The position numbers and the translations under genes were made by a program. Shown piece after piece: positions 50,071 to 62,866 of a stretch of DNA of 64,000 nucleotides. Position 1 is the first letter of the stretch; each line of letters opens with the position of its first letter. Origin of the DNA: Alphaproteobacteria bacterium (lineage in GTDB: Bacteria > Pseudomonadota > Alphaproteobacteria > Bin95); contig OZ224045.1 of the NCBI GenBank assembly GCA_963665325.3, forward strand, positions 64,001-128,000. Reading direction: 5' to 3'. Below the pieces are notes generated by a model. That model saw only the letters and a program-made list of their open reading frames with translations, was not told where the DNA came from and did no database searches.

Positions 50071-50087
50071 GTCGCAGTTGCGTCTGC

Positions 50088-50164
50088 GGGGGTGTAGCTC
50101 AGTCGGTTAGAGCGCTGGCCTGTCACGCCAGAGGCCGCGGGTTCGAGTCCCGTCACTCCCGCCA
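50088..50164 (+). tRNA. tRNA-Asp(GTC)
   Basis: Acceptor GGGGGTG/CACTCCC, anticodon arm CTGGC-CTGTCAC-GCCAG, CCA end. Confidence 0.97.
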
Positions 50165-50281
50165 CTAACCCCTGTCGCTGGCCGCATGTCCGGAGGGCCT
50201 TGTCAGGGCTTTGCAGCCGTATCTTCGGCCACTATGGTGCGCCGGGATCAGGTTCGAGAAAAGGGAGGCGGGCCCAGGACG

Positions 50282-50647
50282 ATGGATGCGCTTCTGGCGG
50301 AGTATGTACCGATATTGATCTTCACGGCTGTTGCCGGAGCGCTGGCGGCAGGCGCCGTGATCGCTTCAATGGTCATTGCGCGGCAAAAGCCGGACTCCGA
50401 AAAGCTCTCGACCTACGAATGCGGCTTCGAGGCTTTCACCGACACCCGGGGGCGCTTCGATGTGCGCTTTTATCTGGTCGCCATCCTGTTCATCATCTTC
50501 GATCTTGAAGTGGCGTTCCTGTTTCCCTGGGCGATTTCGCTTGGCGGTATCGGCATGCTTGGTTTTTGGTCGATGGTGATTTTCCTTGGAGTGCTGACGG
50601 TCGGATTCATCTACGAATGGCGCAAAGGGGCGCTTGAATGGGAATGA
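50282..50647 (+). CDS. nuoA: NADH-quinone oxidoreductase subunit A
   Basis: [33 protein letters not shown]. Confidence 0.97.
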   Translation: MDALLAEYVPILIFTAVAGALAAGAVIASMVIARQKPDSEKLSTYECGFEAFTDTRGRFDVRFYLVAILFIIFDLEVAFLFPWAISLGGIGMLGFWSMVIFLGVLTVGFIYEWRKGALEWE

Positions 50648-51174
50648 TCGGCCAGCCGGTGCTCGGGCCGGGAGTGGAGCAAGACGCATTGCTGCGCGGG
50701 GTCAACGACGAACTCCAGGACCGCGGCTATGTGGTTGCACAACTGGACAAACTGGTGAATTGGGCACGTTCGGGGTCGTTGTGGCCGATGACTTTCGGGC
50801 TTGCCTGCTGTGCCGTGGAAATGATGCACACGGCCTGCTCGCGTTACGACCTCGACCGCTTCGGCGTCGTGTTTCGTCCGAGCCCGCGACAGTCCGATGT
50901 CATGATCGTGGCTGGTACGCTTACCAACAAGATGGCGCCGGCGCTTCGCAAGGTTTACGACCAGATGGCCGAGCCGCGCTGGGTGATCTCCATGGGCTCG
51001 TGTGCCAATGGCGGCGGCTACTACCACTATTCCTATTCCGTGGTCCGGGGCTGCGACCGAATCGTGCCGGTCGATGTGTATGTGCCAGGTTGTCCGCCGA
51101 CCGCCGAAGCGTTGCTCTACGGCGTGCTGCTGCTTCAGAAGAAGATCCAGCGTACCGGCACGATAACACGCTGA
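50638..51174 (+). CDS. nuoB: NADH-quinone oxidoreductase subunit B
   Basis: [27 protein letters not shown]. Confidence 0.98.
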   Translation: MGMIGQPVLGPGVEQDALLRGVNDELQDRGYVVAQLDKLVNWARSGSLWPMTFGLACCAVEMMHTACSRYDLDRFGVVFRPSPRQSDVMIVAGTLTNKMAPALRKVYDQMAEPRWVISMGSCANGGGYYHYSYSVVRGCDRIVPVDVYVPGCPPTAEALLYGVLLLQKKIQRTGTITR

Positions 51175-51187
51175 ACCGGACCCATAG

Positions 51188-51787
51188 ATGGACGAAGCCC
51201 TGCAAGACCTCGCCGAGCATGTCGAGGCGGCGATAGGCGAGAAGGTTGTGCTCGAACCCGGAGCCTCGGAATTGGTGTTGCGGGCCGGACGGGATGCTCT
51301 GCTTGAGGTGCTAACCTTTCTGCGCGATGACGCAAATTGCCACTTCAGATGCCTCGTCGATCTTTGCGGTGTCGACTATCCGGAGCGTTCGGAGCGGTTC
51401 GAGGTTGTCTACAATTTGCTGAGTCACCGCCACAACCTTCGGATTCGCGTCAAGACAGCGACGGACGAAGATATGCCGGTGCCTTCCGCATCGGGGCTCT
51501 TCAGTTCGGCAGTCTGGCTCGAGCGGGAAGCCTGGGACCTCTACGGCATTTTCTTTTCAAACCATCCGGACCTGCGCCGACTGCTGACCGACTACGGATT
51601 CGAAGGCTACCCGATGCGCAAGGATTTCCCGCTCACCGGGTATGTCGAAGTCCGGTACGACGACGAACAGAAACGCGTGGTCTATGAGTCGGTGGAACTG
51701 ACACAGGAGTTCCGTTCCTTCGACTATCTCAGCCCGTGGGAGGGACCGCTGCCTGGTGACGAGAAGGCGGAGGCGCCTGATGGCTGA
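51188..51787 (+). CDS. nuoC: NADH-quinone oxidoreductase subunit C
   Basis: [35 protein letters not shown]. Confidence 0.97.
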   Translation: MDEALQDLAEHVEAAIGEKVVLEPGASELVLRAGRDALLEVLTFLRDDANCHFRCLVDLCGVDYPERSERFEVVYNLLSHRHNLRIRVKTATDEDMPVPSASGLFSSAVWLEREAWDLYGIFFSNHPDLRRLLTDYGFEGYPMRKDFPLTGYVEVRYDDEQKRVVYESVELTQEFRSFDYLSPWEGPLPGDEKAEAPDG

Positions 51788-52958
51788 GGCCCAGATCCGG
51801 AACTACACATTGAATTTCGGCCCCCAGCACCCGGCCGCTCATGGTGTATTGCGGATGGTCATGGAATTGGACGGTGAGGTTGTGGACCGCATCGACCCCC
51901 ATATCGGCCTCCTGCACCGCGGAACCGAGAAACTCATCGAGCATAAGACCTATCTCCAAGCGGTACCTTATTTCGATCGACTCGACTATGTCGCCCCGAT
52001 GAATCAGGAACACGCCTTTGCGCTTGCAACCGAGAGGCTGCTTGGCATCGACGTGCCGGAGCGCGGTCAGTATATCCGCGTCTTGTTCTCCGAGATTTCG
52101 CGTATCCTGAACCATCTGTTGAACCTGACGGCTTTTGCTTTGGATGTCGGCGCCATGACGCCCATGCTTTGGGGTTTCGAGCAGCGCGAATTGTTGTTGG
52201 AGTTCTATGAACGCGCGAGCGGCGCCCGCTTTCACGCCGCCTATTTCCGACCCGGTGGTGTCCATCAGGACCTCCCGGAAGGGATGCTCGACGACATTGC
52301 CGAATGGTCCGCGGCATTTCCCAAGTTCGTTACCGATATGGAAGCGCTGCTAAACGAGAACCGTATCTTCAAGCAGCGCACCGTCGATATCGGACGCGTA
52401 TCGGCGGAGGATGCGTTGGACTGGGGATTTTCGGGGCCGATGCTGCGGGCGTCGGGCGTTCCTTGGGACTTGCGCAAGGCTCAGCCCTACGATGTGTATG
52501 ACCGGATCGATTTTGATATTCCGGTGGGCAAGAACGGTGACTGCTACGACCGCTATCTGGTCCGCGTCGAAGAGATGCGCCAGTCGCTCCGCATCATTGA
52601 CCAATGCGTGCGGGAGATGCCGGATGGCCCGGTCGTCACCGAGAGCAACAAGGTGGCCCCACCCAAGCGTGGCGAGATGAAGCAGTCGATGGAGGCGCTG
52701 ATCCATCATTTCAAACTCTACACCGAGGGTTATCGGGTGCCGCCCGGGGAAACCTACACGGCAGTGGAGGCACCGAAGGGCGAGTTCGGCGTCTATCTGG
52801 TCTCGGACGGCACCAACAAACCATACCGTTGCAAGATTCGGGCTCCCGGTTTCGCGCATCTGGCTGCCATGGACTTCCTGTCGCGCGGCCATATGCTTGC
52901 CGACAGCGTTGCGATTCTGGGCGCCATGGACATCGTGTTCGGAGAGGTCGATCGATGA
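51780..52958 (+). CDS. nuoD: NADH-quinone oxidoreductase subunit D
   Basis: [32 protein letters not shown]. Confidence 0.98.
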   Translation: MAEAQIRNYTLNFGPQHPAAHGVLRMVMELDGEVVDRIDPHIGLLHRGTEKLIEHKTYLQAVPYFDRLDYVAPMNQEHAFALATERLLGIDVPERGQYIRVLFSEISRILNHLLNLTAFALDVGAMTPMLWGFEQRELLLEFYERASGARFHAAYFRPGGVHQDLPEGMLDDIAEWSAAFPKFVTDMEALLNENRIFKQRTVDIGRVSAEDALDWGFSGPMLRASGVPWDLRKAQPYDVYDRIDFDIPVGKNGDCYDRYLVRVEEMRQSLRIIDQCVREMPDGPVVTESNKVAPPKRGEMKQSMEALIHHFKLYTEGYRVPPGETYTAVEAPKGEFGVYLVSDGTNKPYRCKIRAPGFAHLAAMDFLSRGHMLADSVAILGAMDIVFGEVDR

Positions 52959-53554
52959 GCGGGGGTGCAGAAACAGCCGAGAACTTCGCCTTTACGGCCG
53001 ACCATCTAGAGACTGCGAAGGCCGTGGTCGCAAAATATCCCGAAGGTCGGCAACAAAGCGCTGTAATGCCGTTGCTGGACCTGGCTCAGCGACAACTCGG
53101 GTGGACATCCCCCGCCGTGATCGAATACGTAGCCGACTTCCTAGGTCTGCCTGCGATCCGCGTGTGGGAGGTCGCCAGCTTCTACACGATGTACTACCGC
53201 GAGCGGGTGGGGCAATACCGCCTGCATGTCTGCACGACGACACCGTGCTGGCTGCGCGGGTCCGATGAAGTCGTTCGGGTCTGCAAGGAAAAGACAGGGC
53301 TCGAATTTGGAGAGACCGACAAGAGGAGGCTTTTCACGCTGCTGGAAGTCGAATGCCTCGGAGCGTGCGTCAATGCGCCAATCCTCCAAGTCAATGATGA
53401 CTACTACGAAGACCTTGACGCTGCCCGGACGGCATCGCTGCTCGAAGCCTTGGCCGAAGGCCGACCGCCGGCCGCCGGAACTCTGAGGGAGCGGCTGAAT
53501 TCCGCGCCGGAAGGCGGCAAGACGACGCTGCTGGAGGCTGACGCCCGATGCTGA
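52955..53554 (+). CDS. nuoE: NADH-quinone oxidoreductase subunit E
   Basis: [20 protein letters not shown]. Confidence 0.97.
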   Translation: MSGGAETAENFAFTADHLETAKAVVAKYPEGRQQSAVMPLLDLAQRQLGWTSPAVIEYVADFLGLPAIRVWEVASFYTMYYRERVGQYRLHVCTTTPCWLRGSDEVVRVCKEKTGLEFGETDKRRLFTLLEVECLGACVNAPILQVNDDYYEDLDAARTASLLEALAEGRPPAAGTLRERLNSAPEGGKTTLLEADARC

Positions 53555-54831
53555 GCGACCGGGATCGTATTTTCACAAATCTTTACGGCGAACTTGACTG
53601 GACGTTGAAGGGCGCCCGCGCCCGCGGCGACTGGGACGGCACGGCCGATCTGATTGCCAAAGGACGCGACTGGCTGGTCGAAGAGGTCAAGGCATCGGGA
53701 TTGCGCGGGCGTGGCGGCGCGGGATTTCCCACTGGCCTCAAATGGTCCTTCATGCCGAAGCAAAGCGATGGACGCCCCGCCTATCTGGTGGTCAACGCCG
53801 ACGAGGGAGAGCCCGGCACGTGCAAGGACCGCGACATGATGCGCTGGGACCCGCACAAGCTGGTCGAGGGCTGCCTTATCGCTTGCGCGGCGATGGGAGC
53901 TGGCGCCGCATACATCTATGTGCGCGGCGAGTTCTACAACGAGGCGCGACACCTGCAGTACGCCATCGACGAGGCTTACGAGGCAGGCCTTATCGGCCGT
54001 AATGCCTGCGGTTCAGGCATCGATTGTGACATTTTCGTGCATCGAGGCGCCGGCGCCTATATCTGCGGCGAGGAGACTGCCCTCATCGAGAGTCTGGAGG
54101 GCAAGAAGGGACAGCCGCGACTGAAACCCCCATTCCCGGCCATGGCAGGGCTCTACGGCTGTCCGACGACCGTGAACAATGTTGAGACCATCGCCGTGGT
54201 GCCAACGGTCCTGCGCAGAGGCGCGTCGTGGTTCTCCGGCTTCGGGCGCAGCAACAACACCGGCACCAAGGTGTTCTGCATTTCGGGTCATGTAGACCGC
54301 CCTTGCAATGTCGAGGAGGCGATGAGTATCCCGATGAGGGAGCTTATCGAGAAGCATGCCGGCGGTGTGCGGGGCGGCTGGGACAATCTGAAAGCCGTCA
54401 TTCCCGGAGGTTCTTCAACGCCGATCCTGCCGAAAAGCATCTGCGACGAGGTGCTGATGGATTTCGATGCGCTTCGCGACGTACAGAGCGGGCTCGGTAC
54501 AGCTGCCGTGATCGTGATGGACCGTTCCACGGACGTCGTGCGCGCGATTGCGAGGCTTGCACGCTTCTACGCTCACGAAAGTTGCGGGCAGTGCACGCCT
54601 TGCCGCGAGGGAACCGGCTGGATGATGCGCGTAATGGAGCGGATGGCGTCAGGCCGTGCCCGTGTCGAGGAGATCGACATGCTGCTTGATGTATCCAAGG
54701 AAATCGAAGGGCATACGATCTGCGCGCATGGCGACGGTTCCGCGTGGCCGATCCAGGGGCTGATCCGCCATTTCAGGCACGAAATGGAGGACCGTATCCT
54801 TACTCACCGTATCCGGGCCGCGGCGGCCTGA
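53548..54831 (+). CDS. nuoF: NADH-quinone oxidoreductase subunit F
   Basis: [37 protein letters not shown]. Confidence 0.98.
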   Translation: MLSDRDRIFTNLYGELDWTLKGARARGDWDGTADLIAKGRDWLVEEVKASGLRGRGGAGFPTGLKWSFMPKQSDGRPAYLVVNADEGEPGTCKDRDMMRWDPHKLVEGCLIACAAMGAGAAYIYVRGEFYNEARHLQYAIDEAYEAGLIGRNACGSGIDCDIFVHRGAGAYICGEETALIESLEGKKGQPRLKPPFPAMAGLYGCPTTVNNVETIAVVPTVLRRGASWFSGFGRSNNTGTKVFCISGHVDRPCNVEEAMSIPMRELIEKHAGGVRGGWDNLKAVIPGGSSTPILPKSICDEVLMDFDALRDVQSGLGTAAVIVMDRSTDVVRAIARLARFYAHESCGQCTPCREGTGWMMRVMERMASGRARVEEIDMLLDVSKEIEGHTICAHGDGSAWPIQGLIRHFRHEMEDRILTHRIRAAAA

Positions 54832-54851
54832 TTCGGGAGAGGGGGGAGCCG

Positions 54852-56891
54852 ATGCCGAAGCTTACCGTCGACGGAATAGAGGTCGAGGTCGCGCCCGGTA
54901 GCACCGTCCTTCAGGCGATAGAGGCCGCTGGTAAGGAGGTGCCGCGGTTCTGCTATCACGAACGTCTTTCGATTGCGGGCAATTGCCGTATGTGCCTCGT
55001 CGAAATCCGTCCAGGACCGCCGAAACCGGCCGCCTCATGCGCTATGCCCGCCGGCGACAATATGGAAGTGCTGACCGCCAGCCCGATGACGCAGAAGGCA
55101 CGCAAGGGTGTGATGGAGTTCCTGCTCATCAACCACCCGCTCGATTGCCCGATCTGTGACCAGGGTGGCGAGTGCGACCTACAGGACCAGGCCTTGTTCT
55201 ACGGCGCGGACACGAGCCGCTTCGAGGAAAACAAGCGCGCGGTGCCGGACAAGGACATGGGACCGCTCATCAAGACGACAATGACGCGGTGTATCCATTG
55301 TACCCGGTGCATTCGGTTCGCTGAGGAAGTCGCGGGCGTGTCGACGATCGGTGCGATCGGGCGCAGCGAGCAGTTGGAAATCACCACGCTCGAACACGCC
55401 GTGGCAAGTGAGCTTTCCGGAAATGTCATCGATCTCTGCCCGGTTGGTGCGCTTACCTCGAAGCCTTATGCCTTCAATGCGCGCCCATGGGAGTTGCGCA
55501 AGACGGAAGGCATCGACGTGTTCGATGCGCTTGGCGCGAATATCCGAATCGATTCGCGCGGCCCGGAAGTGCTGCGCGTTTTGCCGCGCCTGAACGAAGA
55601 GGTGAACGAGGAGTGGCTCGGCGACAAGTCTCGCTTCGCGCATGACGGCCTCCGCCGCCAACGTCTGGACCGGCCTTATGTGCGTCGGGAGGGCCGGCTG
55701 CACCCGGTCAGTTGGGGCGAGGCCTTTGCAGCTATCCAGGCAAGGCTCAGGGGTCGTTCCGGCATGAATATCGGCGCAATCGCCGGCGATCAGGCCGATG
55801 CTGAGGCAATGCTGGCGCTCAAGGATCTGATGAAGGCCCTTGGTTCGCCGAATCTGGATTGCAGGCAGGACGGGGCGGCTGCGATTCCCGGCCAACGAGC
55901 CAGTTATCTGTTCAACTCCACCGTCCAGGGCATCGAAGAGGCAGACGCGCTGCTGTTGATCGGTTGCAATCCGCGTTGGGAGGCCCCGGTGCTCAACGCG
56001 CGGATCCGCAAACAATGGCTTGCCGGCGGCATGCAGATCGGCATGATCGGCGAGCGGCAGGATCTCGGCTATCGCTACGACCATCTGGGCGAAGGCGGGA
56101 AGGCTTTGCGGGGCGTGGCTGCCGGAAGAAACCGTTTCTGCGCCGTGCTGAAGAATGCATCGCGTCCGATGCTGATCCTCGGCACCGGCGCTCTCTCGCG
56201 ACCGGACGGCGCGGCGGTGCTGGCTGCAACCCAGCGCATAGCTGAACTGAACGGCCTAATCCGCGAGGATTGGAACGGCTTCAACGTGTTGAATCGGGCG
56301 GCGTCGCGGGTTGGGGGCCTGGACCTCGGATTCGTGCCCGGCGAGGGCGGAACGGATACCGCAGGCATGTTGTCCGGCGCCGTCGATACGCTTTTTTTGC
56401 TCGGCGCCGATGAGATAGAACTGTCCGGCCTCGGCGATGCATTCGTCATCTATCAGGGGCACCATGGCGACGCAGGTGCTGCGCGGGCCGACGTCATCCT
56501 GCCGGGCGCGGCCTATACCGAGAAATCGGGCACCTGGGTCAACCTGGAAGGACGCGTGCAGCGCAGCGAACGGGCGACCTTTCCGCCGGGGGAGGCGAGG
56601 GAGGACTGGGCGATCCTGCGCGCCCTATCGGATGTGCTGGAGAAGCCGTTGGCATACGATTCGCTGCCGGCATTGCGCGCCCGCCTGGGCTGGACGAATC
56701 CCGTATTCGATACGCAGGACGATGTCGCGCCGGCGCAATGGCACCGCACCGCTCCGACCGGCCGGATAGACGATGCGCCATTCACCAGCCCGATTTCCAA
56801 CTACTACATGACCGACCCGATTTCGCGCGCCTCCGAAACGATGGCGGTTTGCACGGAAACTTTTCTCGCAGCGGAAGCCCGCAATGGTTAG
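54852..56891 (+). CDS. nuoG: NADH-quinone oxidoreductase subunit G
   Basis: [40 protein letters not shown]. Confidence 0.98.
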   Translation: MPKLTVDGIEVEVAPGSTVLQAIEAAGKEVPRFCYHERLSIAGNCRMCLVEIRPGPPKPAASCAMPAGDNMEVLTASPMTQKARKGVMEFLLINHPLDCPICDQGGECDLQDQALFYGADTSRFEENKRAVPDKDMGPLIKTTMTRCIHCTRCIRFAEEVAGVSTIGAIGRSEQLEITTLEHAVASELSGNVIDLCPVGALTSKPYAFNARPWELRKTEGIDVFDALGANIRIDSRGPEVLRVLPRLNEEVNEEWLGDKSRFAHDGLRRQRLDRPYVRREGRLHPVSWGEAFAAIQARLRGRSGMNIGAIAGDQADAEAMLALKDLMKALGSPNLDCRQDGAAAIPGQRASYLFNSTVQGIEEADALLLIGCNPRWEAPVLNARIRKQWLAGGMQIGMIGERQDLGYRYDHLGEGGKALRGVAAGRNRFCAVLKNASRPMLILGTGALSRPDGAAVLAATQRIAELNGLIREDWNGFNVLNRAASRVGGLDLGFVPGEGGTDTAGMLSGAVDTLFLLGADEIELSGLGDAFVIYQGHHGDAGAARADVILPGAAYTEKSGTWVNLEGRVQRSERATFPPGEAREDWAILRALSDVLEKPLAYDSLPALRARLGWTNPVFDTQDDVAPAQWHRTAPTGRIDDAPFTSPISNYYMTDPISRASETMAVCTETFLAAEARNG

Positions 56892-57927
56892 CTTCTGGAG
56901 CGCCTACGTCTGGCCGGCGGCTGCGATCGTCGGCTACATCCTGCTCATCGTTCTGCCGCTGCTTGGCTGCATTGCCTATCTCATTCTAGCCGAGCGTAAG
57001 GTCATTGCATCCATGCAGATGCGCAAGGGACCGAATGTGGTCGGGCCCTTCGGTTTGCTCCAGCCGGTGGCCGACGGCCTGAAGCTGTTGACCAAGGAAA
57101 CGATTATTCCCGCCGGCGCCAATCGCGTCGTCTTCATGCTGGCGCCGATGCTGACCTTCGTGCTGGCGCTCGTCGCCTGGGCCGTGATTCCCTTCGACCT
57201 TGGCTGGGTATTGGCGGACATCAATGTTGGGGTGCTCTACCTCTTCGCCATCTCGTCCCTCGGCGTCTATGGCATCCTGATGGCGGGGTGGGCCAGCAAC
57301 TCGCGGTATGCGTTTCTCGGCGCATTGCGGTCCGCAGCGCAGATGGTCTCCTATGAAGTCTCGATCGGCTTCGTCATCGTGACGGTGCTGCTGTGCACCG
57401 GCTCCCTGAACCTTTCGGTCATCGTCCAGGCGCAGCAGGGGCCTGCCGGGCTGTTTTCCTGGTTCTGGTTGCCGCTGCTGCCCATGTTTGTCGTGTTCTT
57501 CGTGTCTGCGCTGGCCGAAACCAATCGCGCGCCCTTCGACCTGCCGGAGGCCGAGGCCGAACTTGTTGCCGGCTACAATGTCGAATATTCGGCAATGACG
57601 TTCGCTCTCTTCTTTCTGGGCGAGTATGCGAATATGATCCTGATGAGCGCCATGACTGTTGTGCTCTTTTTGGGGGGCTGGCTTTCGCCGGTCCCGTACG
57701 AGCCGTTTACATGGATTCCTGGCATTATCTGGTTCGCGTTGAAGACGGCCTTGGTCCTGTTCGCCTTTCTCTGGGTAAGGGCGACTTTCCCGCGTTACCG
57801 CTACGACCAGTTGATGCGACTCGGTTGGAAGGTGTTTCTACCGCTGTCCCTTCTCTGGGTGGTCGTAACGGCCGGTGTGCTGGTGGCATTCGATTGGGTG
57901 CCTGAGCCGGTCGCGGCGCAGTCGTGA
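56884..57927 (+). CDS. nuoH: NADH-quinone oxidoreductase subunit H
   Basis: [41 protein letters not shown]. Confidence 0.98.
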   Translation: MVSFWSAYVWPAAAIVGYILLIVLPLLGCIAYLILAERKVIASMQMRKGPNVVGPFGLLQPVADGLKLLTKETIIPAGANRVVFMLAPMLTFVLALVAWAVIPFDLGWVLADINVGVLYLFAISSLGVYGILMAGWASNSRYAFLGALRSAAQMVSYEVSIGFVIVTVLLCTGSLNLSVIVQAQQGPAGLFSWFWLPLLPMFVVFFVSALAETNRAPFDLPEAEAELVAGYNVEYSAMTFALFFLGEYANMILMSAMTVVLFLGGWLSPVPYEPFTWIPGIIWFALKTALVLFAFLWVRATFPRYRYDQLMRLGWKVFLPLSLLWVVVTAGVLVAFDWVPEPVAAQS

Positions 57928-57947
57928 ACGACAGGGAGTATTGAGCG

Positions 57948-58436
57948 ATGGCAGCTTTCGACCGCAGCATGCGCAGCTTCCTGCTGGCAGAACTGGTCTC
58001 CGGCATGTGGCTCACCTTGAAATACATGTTCAAGCCCAAAGTGACGCTGAACTATCCTTATGAAAAGGGTCCTCTAAGCCCGCGCTTTCGAGGCGAACAC
58101 GCGCTGCGCCGGTATCCGAACGGCGAGGAGCGCTGCATTGCCTGCAAGCTGTGCGAGGCCATCTGTCCGGCCCAGGCAATCACCATTGAAGCGGAGCCGC
58201 GCGAAGACGGCAGTCGGCGAACCACGCGCTACGATATTGACATGACGAAGTGCATCTATTGCGGCTTTTGTCAGGAGGCCTGTCCCGTCGATGCCATTGT
58301 CGAGGGCCCGAATTTCGAATTCGCGACCGAGACGCGCGAAGAGCTGATGTACAACAAGGAAAAGCTTCTGGCGAACGGCGACCGCTGGGAGGCCTCGCTC
58401 GCAGACAATCTCGCCCTAGACGCGCCTTATCGCTGA
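57948..58436 (+). CDS. nuoI: NADH-quinone oxidoreductase subunit I
   Basis: [12 protein letters not shown] and [12 protein letters not shown]. Confidence 0.98.
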   Translation: MAAFDRSMRSFLLAELVSGMWLTLKYMFKPKVTLNYPYEKGPLSPRFRGEHALRRYPNGEERCIACKLCEAICPAQAITIEAEPREDGSRRTTRYDIDMTKCIYCGFCQEACPVDAIVEGPNFEFATETREELMYNKEKLLANGDRWEASLADNLALDAPYR

Positions 58437-58451
58437 GACAGGGAGGAGGCA

Positions 58452-59060
58452 GTGATCGTTCAAGCCTTGGCGTTCTACGTCTTCGCGGCGGTTGCGACCG
58501 CGGCCGGAGTCATGGTGATCTCCGCCCGCAACCCAGTGCATTCGGTCCTGTTCCTTATTCTGGCCTTCTTCAATGCGGCAGGCTTGTTCGTCCTGTTGGG
58601 TGCAGAGTTCCTAGCGATGCTTCTGGTGGTGGTCTATGTCGGCGCTGTGGCGGTCCTGTTCCTGTTTGTGGTCATGATGCTCGACATCAACTTTGCGGAG
58701 TTGCGCGAGGGGTTCCTGCAATACCTTCCCATCGGTGCGCTGGTCGGGGTCGTCCTGCTCGCCGAACTGGCGCTGGTCGGCGGCAGCTGGGTTCTTTCCG
58801 AGGGTGCCGGGGCGACATCCCTGCCGGTTCCCGATGAAAAAATGACCAACACGCACGCTCTGGGCCACGTCCTGTACACGGACTACATCTATCTCTTCCA
58901 AGCGGCCGGTCTGGTGCTGCTGGTCGCCATGATCGGCGCGATCGTGCTGACGCACCGCAGGCGCACAGGGGTGCAAAGGCAAAGGATCGTCACCCAGATC
59001 AACCGGCGCAGAGAAGACACGATCGAGGTCGTCAAGGTTCCGGCCGGGGAAGGCCGGTGA
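58452..59060 (+). CDS. nuoJ: NADH-quinone oxidoreductase subunit J
   Basis: [35 protein letters not shown]. Confidence 0.97.
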   Translation: MIVQALAFYVFAAVATAAGVMVISARNPVHSVLFLILAFFNAAGLFVLLGAEFLAMLLVVVYVGAVAVLFLFVVMMLDINFAELREGFLQYLPIGALVGVVLLAELALVGGSWVLSEGAGATSLPVPDEKMTNTHALGHVLYTDYIYLFQAAGLVLLVAMIGAIVLTHRRRTGVQRQRIVTQINRRREDTIEVVKVPAGEGR

Positions 59061-59371
59061 TGCTGGAAGTCGGCCTTGCGCACTACCTCACGCTCGCAGC
59101 GGTTCTTTTCACACTCGGCATCTTTGGCATTTTTCTCAATCGCAAGAATGTCATCATTATCCTGATGTCGATCGAGCTTATGTTGCTTGCGGTCAATATC
59201 AATCTGGTCGCGTTTTCGCGGTTCCTCGAAGACATGACTGGCCAGGTCTTTGCCATGTTCGTGCTCACGGTCGCGGCGGCCGAGGCCGCAATCGGCCTTG
59301 CGATCCTGGTGGTCTATTTCCGCAATCGCGGATCGATCGCCGTCGAAGACATCAATTTGATGAAGGGCTGA
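59057..59371 (+). CDS. nuoK: NADH-quinone oxidoreductase subunit K
   Basis: [19 protein letters not shown]. Confidence 0.97.
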   Translation: MMLEVGLAHYLTLAAVLFTLGIFGIFLNRKNVIIILMSIELMLLAVNINLVAFSRFLEDMTGQVFAMFVLTVAAAEAAIGLAILVVYFRNRGSIAVEDINLMKG

Positions 59372-59391
59372 GGCAAGGCAGGCAAGCGCAC

Positions 59392-61329
59392 ATGTTGCAT
59401 CTGGCCGCAATATTTCTTCCGCTTTTGGCAGCGGTTGTCGTCGGTTTGTTCGGGCGCCTTATGGGGGACCGTCCATCGCAACTGGTGACGTGCCTTGCGG
59501 TGACCGTTGCGGCCGCCTGTTCGGTCGTCATCTTCATCGACATCGCCTATGGCGGTGGCGGTACCGAGACACTGCATGTTCTAGACTGGATCCGGTCGGG
59601 CGGATTCGAGGCGCACTGGACACTTCGCTTCGACACGCTTTCGGCGGTCATGCTGGTGGTTGTCAACGGCGTGGCGGCCTGCGTCCACTGGTATTCGATC
59701 GGCTACATGAGCCACGACCCGCACAAGCCGCGCTTCATGGCCTATTTGAGCCTCTTCACCTTCTCCATGCTGATGCTGGTGACCTCCGACAATCTGATTC
59801 AGCTTTTCTTCGGCTGGGAGGGGGTCGGGCTTTGCTCCTATCTCCTGATCGGTTTCTGGTACGACCGGCCGGCGGCCAATGCGGCGGCCATCAAGGCGTT
59901 CATTGTGAACCGCGTCGGCGACTTCGGGTTTGCGCTCGGTATTTTCGGCATCTGGCTGGTATTCGAAACGGTCCAGTTTTCGTCGATTTTCGTGGCTGCT
60001 CCGGACCATGTCGGCAAGAGCGTCAGTTTCCTCGGCATGGAACTGCCGGCCATCGAACTGCTGTGTTTCCTGCTGTTCATCGGCGCGATGGGCAAATCGG
60101 CGCAAATCGGCCTGCATACCTGGTTGCCCGATGCCATGGAGGGCCCGACGCCTGTTTCCGCGTTGATCCATGCCGCGACCATGGTGACAGCTGGCGTTTT
60201 CATGTGCGCCCGCCTGTCGCCGCTGTTCGAGTTCGCTCCCGACACCCTGACCTTCATTACCTTCATCGGTGCTACGACGGCCTTTTTCGCCGCGACCTGT
60301 GCGTTGACGCAAACGGACATCAAGCGAGTCATCGCGTATTCCACATGCAGTCAACTCGGCTACATGTTTTTCGCGATCGGGGTTTCCGCCTATCCGGCCG
60401 CAATCTTCCACCTTATGACCCATGCCTGCTTCAAGGCGCTGCTGTTCCTCGGTGCCGGCAGCGTTATCCACGCAATGTCGGGAGAACAGGATATGCGCCG
60501 CATGGGAGGCATATGGCGGCAGGTCAAGCAGACCCATGTCCTGATGTGGATCGGCTCGTTCGCCCTTGCCGGGCTGCCTGCCTTCTCAGGTTATTTCTCG
60601 AAAGACTCCATCCTAGAAAGTGCTTGGGGGGCGCATAGCAGCATTGGTGACTACGCCTTTACTTTCGGGGTCCTCGCTGCGGTGATGACCGCTTTCTATT
60701 CCTGGAGACTGCTGTTCATGACCTTCATGGGCGCGCCGCGCGCGGACGAGAAGGTCATGGCGCATGTCCATGAATCGCCGGCCGTCATGCTGATTCCACT
60801 CTATATCCTGGCGGCAGGAGCCGTAGTAACAGGGTTCGTATTCGTGGACGCTTTTGTCGGCGAAGATTGGGACCGTTTCTGGGGCTCATCCATCCTGATT
60901 CTCGAGCAGAACTCAGCAATGACGGAGGGACACCATGCACCTTGGTACATAAAGAAGCTGCCGCTAGCGGCGGCGTTGGTCGGCATTCTGGTTGCCTGGT
61001 ACATGTATATCCAGAAGCCGGACGCGCCCGCCGCTCTCAGAAGACATTTCGAACCGGTGTACCAGCTTTCCTTGAACAAATGGTGGTTTGACGAAATCTA
61101 CGACGTCGTCTTCGTACGACCCGTGAGGTACCTGGCCCGGTTATGCTGGAAGGGTGGAGACGGATTTGTCATAGATGGCTTCGGTCCCGACGGGCTGGCG
61201 GCGGTTACACGTGCGCTGGCTCGTCGCGCCAGTATTTTCCAGTCCGGTTACATTTACCATTACGCGTTTGCGATGATGGTGGGCGTGGTTGCCCTGGTTT
61301 CCTGGTATCTGTTTTCGGTGGGGTTCTAG
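59392..61329 (+). CDS. nuoL: NADH-quinone oxidoreductase subunit L
   Basis: [48 protein letters not shown]. Confidence 0.98.
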   Translation: MLHLAAIFLPLLAAVVVGLFGRLMGDRPSQLVTCLAVTVAAACSVVIFIDIAYGGGGTETLHVLDWIRSGGFEAHWTLRFDTLSAVMLVVVNGVAACVHWYSIGYMSHDPHKPRFMAYLSLFTFSMLMLVTSDNLIQLFFGWEGVGLCSYLLIGFWYDRPAANAAAIKAFIVNRVGDFGFALGIFGIWLVFETVQFSSIFVAAPDHVGKSVSFLGMELPAIELLCFLLFIGAMGKSAQIGLHTWLPDAMEGPTPVSALIHAATMVTAGVFMCARLSPLFEFAPDTLTFITFIGATTAFFAATCALTQTDIKRVIAYSTCSQLGYMFFAIGVSAYPAAIFHLMTHACFKALLFLGAGSVIHAMSGEQDMRRMGGIWRQVKQTHVLMWIGSFALAGLPAFSGYFSKDSILESAWGAHSSIGDYAFTFGVLAAVMTAFYSWRLLFMTFMGAPRADEKVMAHVHESPAVMLIPLYILAAGAVVTGFVFVDAFVGEDWDRFWGSSILILEQNSAMTEGHHAPWYIKKLPLAAALVGILVAWYMYIQKPDAPAALRRHFEPVYQLSLNKWWFDEIYDVVFVRPVRYLARLCWKGGDGFVIDGFGPDGLAAVTRALARRASIFQSGYIYHYAFAMMVGVVALVSWYLFSVGF

Positions 61330-61333
61330 AAGC

Positions 61334-62863
61334 ATGAGTTCGGGGGTCGGCCTGCTTTCGATCGTCACTTTTTTGCCTCTTGTTGGCGTGTTGGCGATCC
61401 TGCTTCTTTGCCGCGGAACTGGTGAAGATGCAATTCGAAATGCCCGCATGGCAGCACTATGGACCACGTTAGCGACTTTCGTCGTGTCGCTCTTTCTCTG
61501 GTTCCGGTTCGATACTGGGACTGCTGACTTCCAATTTGTCGAGCATGTCGAGTGGTTGCCTGAATTCAATATCGCGTACCGCATGGGTATTGACGGGATC
61601 TCCCTGTTCTTCGTTTTACTTTCAACATTTTTGACACCGATATGCATTCTCTCGAGTTGGACCGCAGTCCAGGTTCGGGTGAAAGAATACATGATCGCAT
61701 TTCTTGCTCTTGAAACGCTCATGGTTGGAATGTTTTGTGCCCTAGATCTTGTCGTTTTTTATGTCTTCTTCGAGGGTGTGCTGATCCCGATGTTTCTGAT
61801 CATTGGGGTTTGGGGAGGCGCGCGTCGTATCTATGCGGCGTTTAAGTTCTTCCTCTTCACACTGCTGGGCTCAGTGTTGATGCTTCTTGCCCTCTTGGCT
61901 GTCTATTTGGAAGTCGGTTCTACAAGTATTGTTCAAACATTAGCTTATTCTTTTGCACCGGACCTGCAGATTTGGCTTTGGCTTGCATTTTTCGCCAGTT
62001 TCGCGGTCAAGATACCGATGTGGCCTGTACATACCTGGTTGCCGGACGCACATGTCGAAGCGCCAACAGCCGGTTCCGTGATCTTGGCAGGTGTACTGTT
62101 AAAGATGGGCGGCTACGGGTTCATCCGGTTTTCGCTACCTATGTTTCCGGAAGCTAGTGAGTTCTTCACGCCGCTTGTCTTCGTGCTCAGCTGTGTGGCG
62201 GTGATCTACACCTCGCTCGTGGCGTTGGCCCAGGAGGATATGAAGAAGCTCATCGCCTATTCCTCCGTTGCGCATATGGGCTTCGTGACCATTGGTATCT
62301 TCACAGCTACCAACCAAGGCATAGCTGGCGCTATCTTCCAGATGCTGAGCCACGGCATTGTGTCCGCTGCGCTTTTCCTGTGCGTCGGTGTCGTTTACGA
62401 CAGGCTGCATACCCGCGAAATCGCTCGCTACGGAGGGCTCGTGCATCGTATGCCGGCCTATGCGGCGGTGTTTATGGTGTTCACCCTGGCATCTGTCGGA
62501 CTACCCGGCACCAGCGGGTTCGTGGGCGAGTTCCTGGTGTTATTGGGTGCGTTCGAAGTCAACACCTGGGTCTGCTTCCTTGCCGCGACAGGCGTCATCC
62601 TCGGTGCTGCCTACATGCTGTTTCTCTACCGTCGCGTAATTTTCGGCAAGCTGGAGCGGGCGGAACTTCAGGCGATGCTGGACCTCAATCCGCGTGAGAT
62701 CGCTGTATTCGCTCCGCTCGTGGTACTGGTCCTGTGGATGGGCATCTATCCGTCCTCGTTCCTCGATCCGATACAAATGTCGGTCCAGAACCTGGTGGAC
62801 CAGCACCAGGCAGCGATGCTTGCAATGGACGAAACGACGGCCATTGCGGCCAAAGGGCACTAA
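61334..62863 (+). CDS. nuoM: NADH-quinone oxidoreductase subunit M
   Basis: [52 protein letters not shown]. Confidence 0.98.
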   Translation: MSSGVGLLSIVTFLPLVGVLAILLLCRGTGEDAIRNARMAALWTTLATFVVSLFLWFRFDTGTADFQFVEHVEWLPEFNIAYRMGIDGISLFFVLLSTFLTPICILSSWTAVQVRVKEYMIAFLALETLMVGMFCALDLVVFYVFFEGVLIPMFLIIGVWGGARRIYAAFKFFLFTLLGSVLMLLALLAVYLEVGSTSIVQTLAYSFAPDLQIWLWLAFFASFAVKIPMWPVHTWLPDAHVEAPTAGSVILAGVLLKMGGYGFIRFSLPMFPEASEFFTPLVFVLSCVAVIYTSLVALAQEDMKKLIAYSSVAHMGFVTIGIFTATNQGIAGAIFQMLSHGIVSAALFLCVGVVYDRLHTREIARYGGLVHRMPAYAAVFMVFTLASVGLPGTSGFVGEFLVLLGAFEVNTWVCFLAATGVILGAAYMLFLYRRVIFGKLERAELQAMLDLNPREIAVFAPLVVLVLWMGIYPSSFLDPIQMSVQNLVDQHQAAMLAMDETTAIAAKGH

Positions 62864-62866
62864 GCG

